From the human T2T-CHM13v2.0 reference genome, Homo sapiens, in assembly GCF_009914755.1 (NCBI RefSeq), contig NC_060932.1: a stretch of 64,000 nucleotides of DNA, one strand, 5' to 3'. Under the pieces are notes generated by a model that was not told the origin of the DNA, ran no database searches, and was given only the letters and a program-made list of their open reading frames with translations. This document shows positions 26,280 to 40,178 of this stretch, in pieces. The position numbers and the translations under genes were made by a program. Position 1 is the stretch's first letter. Each line of letters starts with the position of its first letter.

Positions 26280-26520
26280 TAAGAGTAAGAATTCTGGGGT
26301 TGGACAGTGTGGCTTCAAATCCTAGCTTGCCAGTTTAACAATGATTCTGGACAAATTATTAAAGTTTCTAAGCCACAGATGTTTTGTCTGTAAAATAGTG
26401 CTAATACCTACCTCATTATTACTATAGTTGTAGCAATGAAGAAATGGATGTAAAACCTTTAATGATGGTGTTTAAGGTACTTAATGCAGCTAGCTCAAAG
26501 CAAATGTAACCTCATTATTA
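26280..26520 (+). mobile_element. MIR
   Basis: ggcttcaaatcctagc...ggacaaattattaa...tctgtaaaatagtg...tacctacctcat. Confidence 0.75.
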
Positions 26521-27841
26521 TCATTATTATTAGACCATTTTTTCAGTTGTTAATGTGTGGTAATTTTAAGTCCTGTTCAACTATTTTAGACCTTCAAACA
26601 AGTGTAGACACTGTCCTGGTACATTTTTTTTTTAAATTCTGTAGAGCAAAGCTAGAGGCATCAACACTACTATGAGACCCACAAATATTTCTAAATGAGT
26701 GTGCCCTAGATGTGCTTTCTCAGTTTCTACCAGTACTTTGCTAAACTATAGGCCTGAAAGTATTTTTTCATGGAGATTGGACCAAGTCAGTGGGTTCTGT
26801 TATTCTAAAATTTCAATCTTAGCCTCACTGTCATTATGCTCTTTCTGTGGCTCTGGGAGACTACTGAATTTTTCATCGTTCTTTATGCTGTACACTAATG
26901 TGAAACATTATTGAGATTTCTATGGTTATTGAAAGTTATTGAAAGAAATTAAGAAATAATTATCTCCCAAGTCTAGACTTTGAAATGAATGACATATTGT
27001 CAGTCATCCTTATCTTTCACAGACTCATTGTGACTTGAATTTTACTTTTGTGATAATGTTAATAATATTGCCCCAGCACTAACCAGCTACTGGAGGATAC
27101 ATATTGCTAATGTGTCAGATGTAAAATCTTGCTCTCTGGGAGGAGGTAGCTGGCCCCAGCATTAAAATATTAGTTCCTCAAATTGTAGTGGGCACTAAAT
27201 AGTAACTAGGAGCTATTACTGATTTTAATGTTGAATCTATGAAATTAAATGAAAGTAAACTCCTTCCAATTAAGAATGGCTGATTCTGAGCTCTGTAGCT
27301 ATGTTAGACAAAATGAATTGCAGATTAACCTGGACAGCTTATTTTCTTTGAATATTTTGAAGTTTATATCATATTATCTTCCAATACACTCTCTTCAAGT
27401 TGATTATTATGGTCTCAAATACTTTTTTTATGTAAATAGTTGCTTTGCTTTACCAGAAAGAGAAATTACTATTCAAACTTTTGCTTTAACTGTGTCTGTG
27501 TAGGGGAGAGTGAGGACCAATTCCTACCTGTATTCTTTTGACAGTATTCTTGGCTGACAGCTCATAAAGAAATGTTGGTAGATTAGAAGCGATAGTCTAG
27601 AAGAGTTTTCTGATTTGATACTGCCATATTTTACCTGAAATTTATAGCAAAAAACTTTTTAATAGATACAGTTTTGTAAATATCTTCCACTATCTGTAGC
27701 AGATATATTTTGCCACTCTGCAACTTGTGAAAACTTATTAACTAATAATTCATGAATTTTTTTGAACAAGATACTTCTATATAAACAGAGGAAAAAACAA
27801 GTTAGAATGAGTGATTTAAAAGCCTATAAGATAATACATAG

Positions 27842-28182
27842 TGATATGGTTTGGCTATGTCACCTTGAATTGTAATAATCCCCACATGTCAAGGATAGGA
27901 CCAGGTGGAGATAACGGAATCATGGGTGCAGTTTTTCCCGTGCTGGTCTCGTGATAACGAGTGAGTTTTCATGAGATCTGATGGTTTTATAAGGGGCTTC
28001 CCCCTTTGCTTGGCGCTCATTCTCTCTCCTGCTGCCCTGTGAAGAGGTGTCTTCTACCATGACTGTAAGTTTCCTGAGGCCTCCCTAATCATGCTGAACT
28101 GTGAGCCAGTTAAACCTCTGTTCTTTATAAATTACCCAGTCTCAGGTATTTCTTCATAGCAGCATGAGAACAGACTGATATA
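27842..28182 (+). mobile_element. THE1D-like solo LTR
   Basis: tgatatggtttggct...tataaattacccagtctcaggtatttcttcatagcagcatgagaacagact; near TSD catag/cacag. Confidence 0.92.
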
Positions 28183-28559
28183 CACAGTATGAATAGGTAT
28201 GCACAGTGTAATTATTCAAATCTTGGAGTTGACCTCTTTGAGATGCTCATGACTTTCCAAAGAAACATGAATTTGACATTACTATTTAACTACTCTTTGA
28301 TAGTCTTTAGTATTCACCAATTCTACAGTTGTATCAGGGAAGTATTACGTGCAATAGGCCCTGACACATAGAAGACATTTCATAAATATGTTTAATAAGT
28401 ATTGCTGAAGAAATTGCTTGTGGGGAATCATAATTTATTCGTTTAAAATATTTATGTAATTCTAATGCTATTCTAGGCACTAAAATATTAAGATGAATAA
28501 TAACCAAGAAAAGTGTTGATAATTTAAGTTACTTGATATTAATATCCTAATTAAGTGGT

Positions 28560-28730
28560 TAGTTGCTACTATATGCTGAGTTACAGTACCTTTAGCAAAC
28601 ATGTAATTGAAAATTTTATAACATTTCATTATTTTACCCAGGCTCACGGACTGAGTACATGGTATGGTCAGAATTTGAAGCTATGGCAGTCTGTCATCAA
28701 GTCCATGCTCTTTACAATAATTCTAAACTA
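28560..28730 (-). mobile_element. MIR fragment
   Basis: cagaatttgaagctatggcagtctgtcatcaagtccatgctcttta. Confidence 0.5.
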
Positions 28731-28999
28731 TATCCTACATAAATGACCCACTATATTATTTAATGTTTTTAATTTGTTGACCCCCATATATGTTATTTAA
28801 TTTTCCCCAAATTTTTGAAGTAGTATTATTAACTCTATCTTAGGTATTATGAGATAGAAGATGAGAAATGTCTAAAGATGCCAGAGAGGTTTTTATCCTA
28901 TTCCTCCCTTCCTCTCTACATTGATTTTCCCAAGAGTTGTGGGAATTCATGCCTCAGTCCTAAGAGGGAGGTCTAGGCAGGACCCTAGTGCATCCATTA

Positions 29000-29310
29000 C
29001 ACTATTTAACACCGACATGTCCTCCACAAGCAGCTCAATTATTTTCATATAAAAATCTTCTCTTGTCTCATTAACTAGATCAAATCCTCCTTTACATGTT
29101 CTCAAGGCACTGTACACCTTCACTTTGTAGCCTTTATTATAGTTGAAGTTTCATTTTATTTATGAGTTAATTAATTTTGATCTTCTACACTAGGTCTCAT
29201 GATCCATAAGAGCTTGGACAGTGACTGCTTTTTTTTTTTTTTTTTTTTTTTCCAACATTAGATCCCAGAGGCAAGCACAACACCACATACGCAGTAAATG
29301 GAAAATGCGT
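29000..29310 (+). mobile_element. L2 3' fragment
   Basis: cttctacactaggtctcatgatccataagagc...gcacaacaccacatacgcagtaaatg. Confidence 0.5.
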
Positions 29311-30315
29311 AGCGAGGAAGTAAAAGAGCTCAACAGGGTCCAAGACAAACATTGCAGGGTGTGTTTTACTCAGGACCACTGGTGATAACTACATGAAGAA
29401 TCAGGACTTTATCCCTGCTTTTCTGACTTGATTGAGATGGAAGAGTGACAGAATAAGGAAAACTGCAATGAGGAACTTAGGAGTGGGGTACCCAGAATCC
29501 TATTTTACCTTTGTTGGAAGTGATTTAAGAACTGGGTCCCAGTAACGGATCCAGTGGTACAGGAGAACAGAGGCAGGGTCTCCTGATTGGGTTGGCTCCC
29601 TGTGTATAGGCCCAGAAGTACAGAAACTTGTGTTGGCAATGGCTCCACATGCGGGTTACCATCAGCTCTTAGCAGCTTCTGGAGCAACATCTCAGATTAC
29701 TTACCTCTACAAGTAAGTCCCTGTCATTAGAAAATCCCGAAGAGGCTTTTTCTTGCTCTCTTTTTTTCAGCCTCAATAAATGAACTGTGGCTCTCCCCAA
29801 ATTTCCTAGATATTTCTGAGGTTTGCAACTCAAGATTATTGTCAACATCAAAACTAGAGGACAATCTTTCCAGTGACAACTCCAGGCTGTGCCATTTTTA
29901 TTTCTGATAACACATTTGGGACTCCCTAGAGTTGTGTTACTATGTCATAGTTGTGTTATTACATTATTAATACAGTGTATTAATAGCATAGTGTCACATA
30001 ACCAGCTACTCATTTGATTCATTTACCTTCGTCCTCAGGTAGGGAAACATCTGTGCATACCCTACTAGTTAAGACTAAGTTACCCTATTATCGGAGGATG
30101 CTATTGCAGGAGTTTATAAAGAACCCCTCCATTCCTGTCTCTTCAGACACCAACTCACTCCTGTTTGAGCAAAAGGCAAATGGGTGTCTGGACAAGGATG
30201 GGCTCTGAGCATCCATATTTTGATGAAACAAATGTAAATTATCTGGATCAGACAAACCTGAGAAGCTTTGTTAATTATAAAACTATAATTGGAAATAATG
30301 CCATTTGCTCTAGAA

Positions 30316-31012
30316 CAGTGGTTTCAGCCTAACATTTCATTTTTATAATTACTTCATAATAACTCCTATTATTCTGAAATAAAATTCATACATATTTTCA
30401 CTTAACCAATACACATGATTAAACAAAAAATAATGTATTAACTGTACAGGAGGCATGCAATAGAAAATAATATTTAATTAACAAATATATTTTAATTTGC
30501 AAAAGCTTGGTCATAACTAGAATGGAAGACATAACTAAGTAGTTGTAAGCTAGCACCTATATGTCTAAATACCATGAATATGGCAGTTACAGATGATGAC
30601 TGATACATGTATGTTTATTATTATGCACAACTTTGCCTTTAATCACCTGTTATTCAAAAGATAAACTGTTGGTAAAAAGCATTGGTGAGCTCTTGGTAAT
30701 ATTTAAAATAAAACAAAATACAATCTTCCTTTTTTTTTACATGATGATACATTTTTGGAAACTTCAGCATATATTAAGAACTTGCCCTAAATACTTTGAA
30801 TTTATATATTAAATGGACTCAATATCTCAGAATGAGATCAATTTAAACAGGTCATTTACATACAAGAGTGCCTGGTAAAAATAAAAATTGTGTGAAACTG
30901 TCTATTAATGTTCAGGGCATCTGACATCTCATACTCCAACAGCCTAAGTGGCATAGCACCTCTGTCTTGTTCACAACCCAACCTATGTTCACCGATTTCC
31001 AAACTGCTTCTA
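30316..31012. mobile_element. MER20B-like hAT-Charlie DNA transposon
   Basis: tagaa|cagtggtttc start, gcacctatatgt...ccatgaatatggcagttacagatgatgactgatac, ends ccaaactgcttctag. Confidence 0.5.
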
Positions 31013-31854
31013 GAGAAAAGTAGATGAGAGACATTATTTTAGATTCTCTGAGATTCTTGTTGTTTAAATGCACACACCCAAACTGTCAAGTGAGGACCTA
31101 GAGGTGAGGAGCTCTCTTAGTTGCAAAAGACCTTTGAACCCATTGTCTTGACAAAGAGCCTTTATATATACAGATGTTCATGTGTGAATGTGTGTTGTAC
31201 AACATGATGACCTTTTAACAGATAGCTTTCAAATGTGTATGGTAGATACTGTTATGATTTATAATGTTAAATTCAAAATAATCTTAAAATCTGTGGTAAA
31301 CATTTTGGATTACCTATTTTAACTCAAGGATAATCAAAGCTACCCATAATCCATGAGAGATCATGCAATTTCTTGAACTAAAAAGTGGTCTTCAAAACAA
31401 AAATTGTAATTCTGATGTGCAAGTAATAATTATGAAGAAAAATCAGATTTATTATCAGCACTATAATAAAGACAACAACATCCAGCTAAGGGTCAGAATG
31501 AAAGGTTAGGAATCATGCTATAACTGTCTCTGTAGCAGAGAAATAGAGGCCCTGCAGTAGCAGCTGACAAGTTAGTTAGGAGGTAGATCAGGTGTTGAAG
31601 TGCCCTAAAGGCTGTCAGAAATGCTATTGATTAGTCAATGATCGATTTTATCAATGTTGGTAGGGTGAGGAGGGCAAATTGCCGTCTTCTCTCTCTTTTG
31701 TAATGTCACATTGCCCTCACAGCTTATGGATGTACTTAAGCTTTTTATAAAATACTTTAAACAACTTTCAGTTCAAATAAAATCGGTACATTTACTACCC
31801 AGTATATGAGGCTGTTTATATGAAGCTGATGCATCCAAAAAGTTGATTAATGGA

Positions 31855-32030
31855 ATGTTTACTTATTAACTGTTTTTAGTTACTATATTAAACACTTACT
31901 TTGTAGCAGGTATTGTTCTATATTTTGCTGTATTTCACTACAAATTATACTTTCATGGAAGTCTTAACATGCCCATTTTACAGATAAGAAAACCAGAGAC
32001 TCAAAGAGCTTGTGTCTTACTCAAGGTGTA
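31855..32030 (-). mobile_element. MIR fragment
   Basis: cccattttacagataagaaaaccagagactcaaagag...ctcaaggt. Confidence 0.7.
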
Positions 32031-33179
32031 TTACAGGAATTACATTGATCTTCACACTCAATGAGGTCAGCTTGATTTGGGGCAGCTTCAAACAGTGAGT
32101 GGTCATTTCAGAGGTGTCTCATCTACAAAAGAAGGGCCTCTGTTCTCTCATGGAAGCCTGTCTTACAAGCTGATCAAGTTTTTGGATTGCTGAGAACAAT
32201 TAAGACTCTGTTTGTTTTAAATGTTTTCTATTTCTTTCTTCCACTTTTCAGGTGCACCTCAAAAGAGAGTGCTGAATGCACAAAAGATGAACCACACACA
32301 TCTTTCATATTAGACATTTTGTAGTGATAATTTTAAATTTATATTACATAATAAGAGGCAAAAGTAAAATAAAAAAACAATGGAAGTTGTCAGAGTTGAT
32401 GTCAACTAAATCATGCCAAATCAAATAAATGGTGAATTCTACATTACTGAATGGTCATTTTTAAAGGTGATGATCATTTCTGTAAATTGACACCAGTTGA
32501 GTCAGCATAAAAGTAAGATGAAGATCAGGTTTACTTTATAGACATGCTGAATGCTGAATCCTGCTAAAGCAATTTCTTAGAATTTATTTCTGTAGAAAAC
32601 AGTTGATCCAATTTTCAGTCCTCTCAGCTTCCTAAATTGACAAATGCAAGCACTTCTACAGCCAGAATCACACCAAGAAAACATTTATACTCTGTGCTGA
32701 AGTCTTTCAAAGATTTTTGGATGTTTGGTTCAGAAAACAAATAGAGATATGAGAGGTTGGGTCAGAGTTGAGAAGGAAGTAATTTTTTTCCAAGGCAATT
32801 ACATTTGAACTTGAGTGTATGTGTCAATAGTAGTGGATTTTAAATTATATCTGGATAGTTTCAAGATTCACATTATTTTTGTGAATATTAGATTGAAACG
32901 AATATCTATATCACATTTATTCACTTCAATTTTAGAGTATTTTTTGTAAATGTTTTGAACTTTGCCCCCTTTTCCCCCTCAAAGAATTTGTTCTTAATCC
33001 CTCAACCAGTTTCTGTAGCTAGAAAGTTATTTAATAGTCAATATTTTAAAGTTATGGTTATTTTTATAATTTAAAGGATCATTACTTTGGTTGGTGTTGA
33101 GTAAAAATAGCTGTTGGACAGTTATTGTCAGTAATATAACAGTATAAAAGAATATACATTTCTCCTTGTTAAATTTGAT

Positions 33180-34160
33180 CATCACCTCAAATTCAACAGT
33201 TTCAAATAAGGCTTCTTATTCTCCTGTCCCTATTCCTAATAATCTTATTTGTATGAATGACATCACTGTATTTCCAGGTAATCGTCAACTCCCCATCCAG
33301 TTGATCCTTGCCTTTTATACACTTACTTCCCATGTCCTGTGCCTTCTTCCTTCACAATGACTTTGCAGCCAGCCAATCTCTCCTCATTACTGATTACACC
33401 ACCAGAATTTGGCCCTAAAATAGCTTCACCAATCTGCACATCATGCTCAGTTAATTTTCCTAGAACATTGTATTAGTCCGTTTTCACACTGCTGATAAAG
33501 ACATACATGAGACTGGGCAATTTACAAAAGAAAGAGATTTAATTGGACTTACAGTTCCACATGGCTGGGGAAGCCTCACAATCATGGCAGGTGGCAAGGA
33601 GGAGCAAGTCACATCTTACGTGGATGGCGGCAGGTAAAGAGAGCTTGTGCAGGGCATCTCTCATTTTTAAAACCATCAGATCTCCTGAGACCCATTCACT
33701 ATCATGAAAACAGCATGAGAAAGACTCACCCCCATAATTCAATAATCTCCCACCGGGTCCCTCCCATAACACATGGGAATTATGGAAGCTACAAGGTGAG
33801 ATTTGGGTGGAGACACAGAGTCAAACCATATCAAACATAGTATCTTTTTGCTCAAAATACAATGTCTAATAATTTCCTATCAAATAAGTGCTAAATAATT
33901 TTAACCTGGCATGCAATTTCCACTAAAAGTTATCCTCCAATTACTTTTCAAGCCTCCTCAACACTTGTCTTTAGTTCTTGTAGTTCAGTAGTCTGTCCAG
34001 AACATCTGGAGCATTCCCAAAATCTGTGACTTAATTTATGTTCTTTGATCTATCAAGAATATCATCTGGCTTTCCGCCTCTATATCAAAGTTGATTTATC
34101 CTTAAATCCCATCAACAATGCCAACAATTTCCTGATTATCTGAGCCAGATATGAATTCTC
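33180..34160 (+). mobile_element. L2 fragments flanking THE1A
   Basis: acctcaaattcaaca...gaatgacatcactgtatttccag; after the LTR, tttaacctggcatgcaa. Confidence 0.5.
33469..33833 (-). mobile_element. THE1A-like solo LTR
   Basis: tgtattagtccgttttcac...gcaatttacaaaagaaag...aaaccatatca; perfect TSD AACAT. Confidence 0.95.
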
Positions 34161-35219
34161 TTTTTTCAAAAATTCTATAATATTTATTGTATTTTCTATA
34201 TCCCTTTTGGGACACTTGCCTCTGGAAACATTCAAGAAATTTGTCTAATGTTGTTTGGCTACTTTGTGGTAGAATAAAGAAGCTAGGTCTTCTGGGTCCT
34301 ACCCTACTGCTCATGTCATTTACATTGCATTTACGCCCTCAGAGTCATGATAATTTACTTCTTTAATTACTTGAACATTCGTTATCTAGATAAACACAGG
34401 CTTAGTTTCTTGTGCCTTTCAGAGAAGTCAAATTCATATTGCATAAGAAACAAGATCTTCACAGCTGTGGAGATCCAGGTGAGATGTCCATCAGAAACTG
34501 CTGAAGCAAGCATTCAATGAAGTAAGTTCCCAGGAAGCCTTGCATTCTCCTGTGAAGTCAAACTCATCAATGCTGAGATCAGTTCCATCTTTAGTACTTT
34601 ATGAGATCCTCAGAGGTAGAGATTTTAGCAGGATTATGTGTGATCAAATCATGCAAAATTTTAGCAAATGTAAGAGCAGTTATTTTAGTGGAGGTAGATG
34701 ATGTTTTGATTTTATGCTCATTAATGAATCACTTAGCTGTACACTGCTTAGGATGGGGAAAGTGTGCTTTTTATGAGTATTCCCCATCAGGATATAGATA
34801 AGTATGAAACTCTGGCTGGGATAATTTGATGTGAGGCTTTTGGCTTCTTCAAGCTGCTAGGCAGCATGAGGCAGTGATGGCTACAGCATGCTCTGTACTC
34901 CATTGCCTGTCTCTGTGTGTGTTTTCATCATTCACACAGCAGTGGGTGTATGAATGACTGCCTCAAGGACGTCCATGAGTGCTTCTACTCTGTGGAGGCA
35001 AAAAAGCTTCCTGGAAGATAAAAATTCCTCCTTCTCATAGCAGAGTAAAATGGATCTAAATTAATGCATGTATGTGCGTGTATATTCACACCAAAATTCT
35101 ATCAGAGAAAGCTAATCAAGCTTTCTGTGATTGACTAAGTTTATATACATAGTTGCCAGAATATTATGTTTTCAAGAATTATTTCACACAGTAGGTATGA
35201 AAATAAGTGAGTCTAGAAA

Positions 35220-36050
35220 TCTTGGCTCTTTTTTCAGTTCCTGGGAAGTCTATGAAGCTTTACAAGGCACCTGATAAAAGTCTTATTTATTGATGCTACT
35301 TTCTGAAATCTAGATTGATTTTTGTTTTTTTCTGTAGTTTTCCAGAAATAACAGTTTAATAATTTAATCATTGCCCTAGCTTTATATTTGTTTCATCCTC
35401 TTTCCCTGAGATATGCAAATATATGTCTCTTTGCTAATATCTTTTCTCCATTCTCTAGTCTGAAAGCTGATGCAAAGAAGTCATTAAAATTGATAGCAAT
35501 ATCCCCCACTTCAGTGAATAAATTACACTTTCCATTTCATGGAGGTCCCATTATCTCTGGCCCTGACCCCTTCTTACTTTTCTACTTGAAAGGATCCTGA
35601 TTTATCTCAAACTCTTGTGCAATCTTTCTTTCATTTTCTACCCTTAATTTTCTTATCGTATTTTTTACACTTTCAACTTCATTCAGTCATCTCAGTGCTT
35701 CTCTCTACCTCATGTTTTATAGTGTATATTTTCTTCTTTCTTTGCTTTGATTAGTTTTTGGATTCTTCTCATTCTCCACATTGACTTTTTATTCTAACTA
35801 AAATCATATTTATTTCTGGATTATATGCACAGCCCTTGAACATACTTTAATTTACCCTTCAGCCTATTTCATTTACTCTTTCCTTTTACTTTTCCCCCTT
35901 TATTCTTTATTTGGTTGGCTTGTATGCTTCTACTCAAAATTTGCTTTTCTTTCTGCCTATTAAAAATCGTACTTTTGCCCTTTTTGTATTCCTTTGGTTG
36001 ATCTGGTAGAACCAACCCCAAATCCATTTTACTATCTGATTTTACTATCA
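35220..36050 (-). mobile_element. Ancient CR1-clade LINE ORF2 remnant (region between endonuclease and RT)
   Basis: Minus-strand 35680->35462 reads in one frame EVESVKNTIRKLRVENERKIAQEFEINQDPFK*KSKKGSGPEIMGPP*NGKCNLFTEVGDIAINFNDFFASAF. This follows the CR1 pattern IRKAK..E..LA......K.F......VGPL.NG....T.....A..LN.FFASVF. Upstream lie KKSMW..RIQKLIKAKKE and K*NRLKGKLKYVQGLCI. Confidence 0.7.
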
Positions 36051-37934
36051 TATTTTTTATCTGTAATAATATCTCCTGTTACTTAGACTAATTTTGGAAT
36101 TACAAAGAAAGCACATTTTCTTGGCCTTTGAAAAATGTTGTAAGAAAGTATTGTAAGCAGTAAAGTGGTAAGTGCAGGAAACACTGTGTTGGTGGAATCT
36201 TTGTTGAAGCTTTCAGCTTTGAACTTCACACACAGAAAACCATTAAATGCTGGGATAATAGAACCAGTTTCATTGTATCCCCTTTGTTTGGCTATCTCTA
36301 TGGTTTATCAGTCCCCATAGAATATAGGACTGGAGGGGGTCTTGAGAGGTCATTTAATCTATTGCTCTATGGCCTGAAGGTCCTAAGGCCTCATATGCTC
36401 TACAAGATACCTTTTCACTTTAGTTCTTATCAGTTTAAATGGTGTTTGGAATTCTTGGTAAATATTTGGGAAGGTTGCAAATGTCATAGGGAAGAAAGAA
36501 CTTGTATACAAAAAAATTGTAGAAAAGTCACCTACTATAAAAATTTGAACAAGAAATTGTCAGAACAATGAAAGCATTTATCAATTGGAAAGTATAAGTC
36601 TCTGGCTCATTGCAGAAATTGATATACAGAAAGTATAAAAGATTTTAATGTTTTGGCCTAATGTTTCATGAGGATGAATATTCACAGAAACAACAATAAC
36701 ATGGGCTTTTATATCATATGGGCAGTAACGAGTCAAATATACTGAGAATAATATGACTATTTTCTACACATCACTGTGATCCATCTGTGATGACCTATTC
36801 TCTCCAAGAGATTAATATTCTTAGAAGAAACAGGAATGACATTGGAAGTCATTGCAAGAATATAAATACTGAGTTATTATAGATTCAACTAAACAATGAT
36901 TATTTAAAATGAGTCATTTTTTACTACATTTTATAGTAACAATACTTCTGACTCAGTCTCTGACTCATATTATTAAAATTCCATGGGTTTCCAAGACCAA
37001 TTTTTCAATTGATATTTAGAGAGGTAGGATGGGGTAGATTGAGTAGCATCTAGTTGTTTTTATGGATGAAAAACTGTCAAATTCAGATCTCTCAATATTA
37101 GATAGTTCTAATTTTAGGGTGACTTAGTCAGCCCTTAGTGATTACATAAGGCTACAAGCTCATTGACAAAATAACAATAAATAAATAAAAAATAGACCAA
37201 ACAACAATGACTATTGATTTCAACCAAAATATCTAATTAATCTTCATACTCTTCACTTAATATCCTTAGAACATTTAAACTTCAGAGTTTTTTTAAAGTC
37301 ATTATCACTTCAAGAGTGACTAAGAATTTCAAAGATGATATGAAAATAATTTGCAATGAATAAATGCACATCAGTACACATGTCAAACAGATAACTTACT
37401 GTGACAGGTTGTTCACTTAAAAGAGATAAAATTATTGAAATTCAAGAAAACAAGCATTAATGTCCTATAGTTGAGACTGATTAACAAACAGAAGTTAACA
37501 AAAACTGAAGAAAACAGTAAGCACTGATGTGGAGGCAGTATCGAATCATTTCAATATAAAATCAAAATTCAGGAATTTAGTGTGTGTTTGATATCGATGT
37601 TAACACTCTTTTTGCTTTATGGAGTATTCGAATATAGTCTGAAGGCATTACTGTGCAAAAACATGTTGGTAACAAAATATATTTATTGCAAGAGAGTTGC
37701 AAGCTAAATAATAATTCAACCTAACAAGAAAAAGGGGGGGAAAGTTCATGGCAATATGGAATAGATCCTATGCTCCATGAAATAACAAAACTATCAATAC
37801 AAAAATTGTTTTTCAGCATTAACATTCAGAGACGTTAAGGATAAAAACAGATAATTGATATCTGGCATGGTAACATATGCCAACTTTGGCAGCAAGTGTC
37901 GTGTTCAACTTTGAAACTTCCAAAATACTTACGT

Positions 37935-38150
37935 TGAGTGCCCTTCATTACTAGTAGTTTAGATCCAGCTGTCACTTTTCTCAGCATGTAACTGTTGAAA
38001 TCTCACTTCAATTTTCTGATTCTTAGTTGGTCTTTATGTCAGATAATGATGTTCACCTTGAAAACTCTTCATGAGAATCAGCTGGGATAATGTTTATATA
38101 TAAATTATGCAGAACAGTAGCTGGCGCATATTAGATGAACAATAAATTAC
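37935..38150 (+). mobile_element. MIR
   Basis: atccagctgtcac...gataatgatgttcacc...agaacagtagctggcgcata...caataaat. Confidence 0.65.
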
Positions 38151-38539
38151 AGGTCTTTGCCACATTGTCGTATCATTTATCCCCTAAACTATTGCAATTT
38201 CTTCGTTGCTAGACAACTTTCTTCAGCTTCTCCAGTCTTCTCAAGACCATTCTACATGCAACTTTCAAATTACTGTTTTCCAAACAACATGCCAATTGCA
38301 ACATATGCCTAGTCAAAATTGTCTTCTCAATAAATTAAATTTTAATAACTTAGCCAGGTCCCCATATTTCCCAGTGTTGTCTCATTTCTCTACTTCTCCA
38401 GCCTAATTTTCCAAATGATTTATATGCAACAGCCAAACTGTACTGCTTGTTACTCCAGAACATATTTCTTACTTTCTCACCTGTATGTCTTTGTTTATAC
38501 CACCCACTGTATAGTGCTTATGTAGCCTCATGGAATCTG

Positions 38540-39050
38540 TGCTGGAATTTGCCTGTTTACTCTCAAATCAATTTCCTGTTCTTCTCCTCTTTTGCATTGA
38601 GTCATGGCATTGAGTACATTTCCCAGGTTTTTTTTAGCAATTGATTTCTGAGTAAAATTAACCAATGTGAGGCACTGACAGAAAACTAGAAGGTAGAAAA
38701 GTAAAAGTATTTCTACTGTTCTTTTTCTTTCTCTCCCTCAGACAGAGTCTGTAGCAACCCCTGAATGTCCTCCATGTTCTCTGGTCCAACCAGCTACCCT
38801 TTCCTCTATGGTTTCAGCTTCCAATGGGGACTCTGTATCTTGGGGTTTGGTTAAGCTGTGTACTCTTATTTTCCTTCAGCCTTGAGGTGGAGTGAGCCTT
38901 CAGAGATAGGTATCTTCAGAAACAGCTACTTCTGAATTGCCTGTGTGGCTCCTGAGCATTTCCATCCCTTGTGTATCAATTTCCCTGTATTAAGTTTCCT
39001 TAGGTTGAAGAATATACAGTGGTTTCTGCTTCCTTGTTAGACTAGACTAT
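38540..39050 (+). mobile_element. LTR33-like ERVL LTR
   Basis: accaatgtgaggcactgacaga...cttcagccttgaggtgg...ttccctgtattaagtttcct...agtggtttctgcttcct. Confidence 0.6.
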
Positions 39051-40178
39051 GCCTACTACAGAGTGACATAGTTTTGGATTTAAAAACTGGCTCCAATATG
39101 TCAGAAAAGCTACTTAGCTGAGTTTCAGTTTATTCACCAATATTCGAATAATGTTCTGTAAGGTTTAAATAAAAAGCACATATGAAAATACATATATAAT
39201 ATCTTGAATACATTAGTTAATTAATACTTGGGTTTTCACTCATTTTCTATGCTACAAGCCCTTTAAATAAATATGAGCTGAAATTAATTGATTATTTGAA
39301 TGTAAGGGAATAAAAATCTTAGGTAATGTTTACCTTTTAGGTGCATCTAATTATTTATATCATTCATGCTCTAAAAGTGTGCCTTGTTATTAATTTGAAT
39401 CTTAAGGGGTTTTAGTTGTAAGCATATATTAGATAGATTTAGTAGATAGCAACTATTTTATATCAAATATCATTTTCTAAGTATACGTGGAAGGTCCTAT
39501 TTTAAGAAAATATTATGTGGCTCAGGGGATGTGTGCCAGGTGAATATGGATGAACTGAGGGTAGAGCAATCCCAAAAGTCCTGAGGGAAGCAAGTAACAG
39601 GAAGAGTAAGGGATTTGTTGGATAAACATTAAGGTCAGGGGATTAGACTAAGGAATCAGAAGGAACTTTCCAATTACAGGGGATTTTCTCTTTTTGCCTT
39701 CAGTATGAACAAGAAATGAAAACAATCTAGGACTGTTTCCCACCTATGGAGGCCAATAAGTTGGGGATCTGAAACGCACTTTCTTCTCCTATGATAGCTC
39801 ATGAAGGTGGGGCCCTTCTATTTTGATTATTCATGACTTTTCTGGAAACACCTCTTTAGACCTCAAACCATTTATCTATTGTTTCTGCCAGAACCATGAC
39901 TACAGTGGTTTAGTGATGCCTGTAGCCAGGCATTCATATTTTGTCCTGGGAAAAGCACTAGCCAATATATTTTTTGTCTTCTGCATTTCGGGTATAAGAG
40001 GCTTGCTGTGATCTTTCTGTACAAAGTATCCAACTCCAGAACTGAAGTCTGCAGCAGAGAACAAAGGTTAATTTCATGTCTCCCCAAATCCCAAATAAAC
40101 AGATTTCTACTTTAAGAACTTGGGCATCTAGATAACTTCATCTAACTAAGTTGCAAAGGATTAAAATAAGCTCTATTT

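Noticed and set aside
34853-34866. gctgctaggcagc resembling an RFX X-box
   Set aside because: Lacks the GTT/AAC half-site bases; single weak motif
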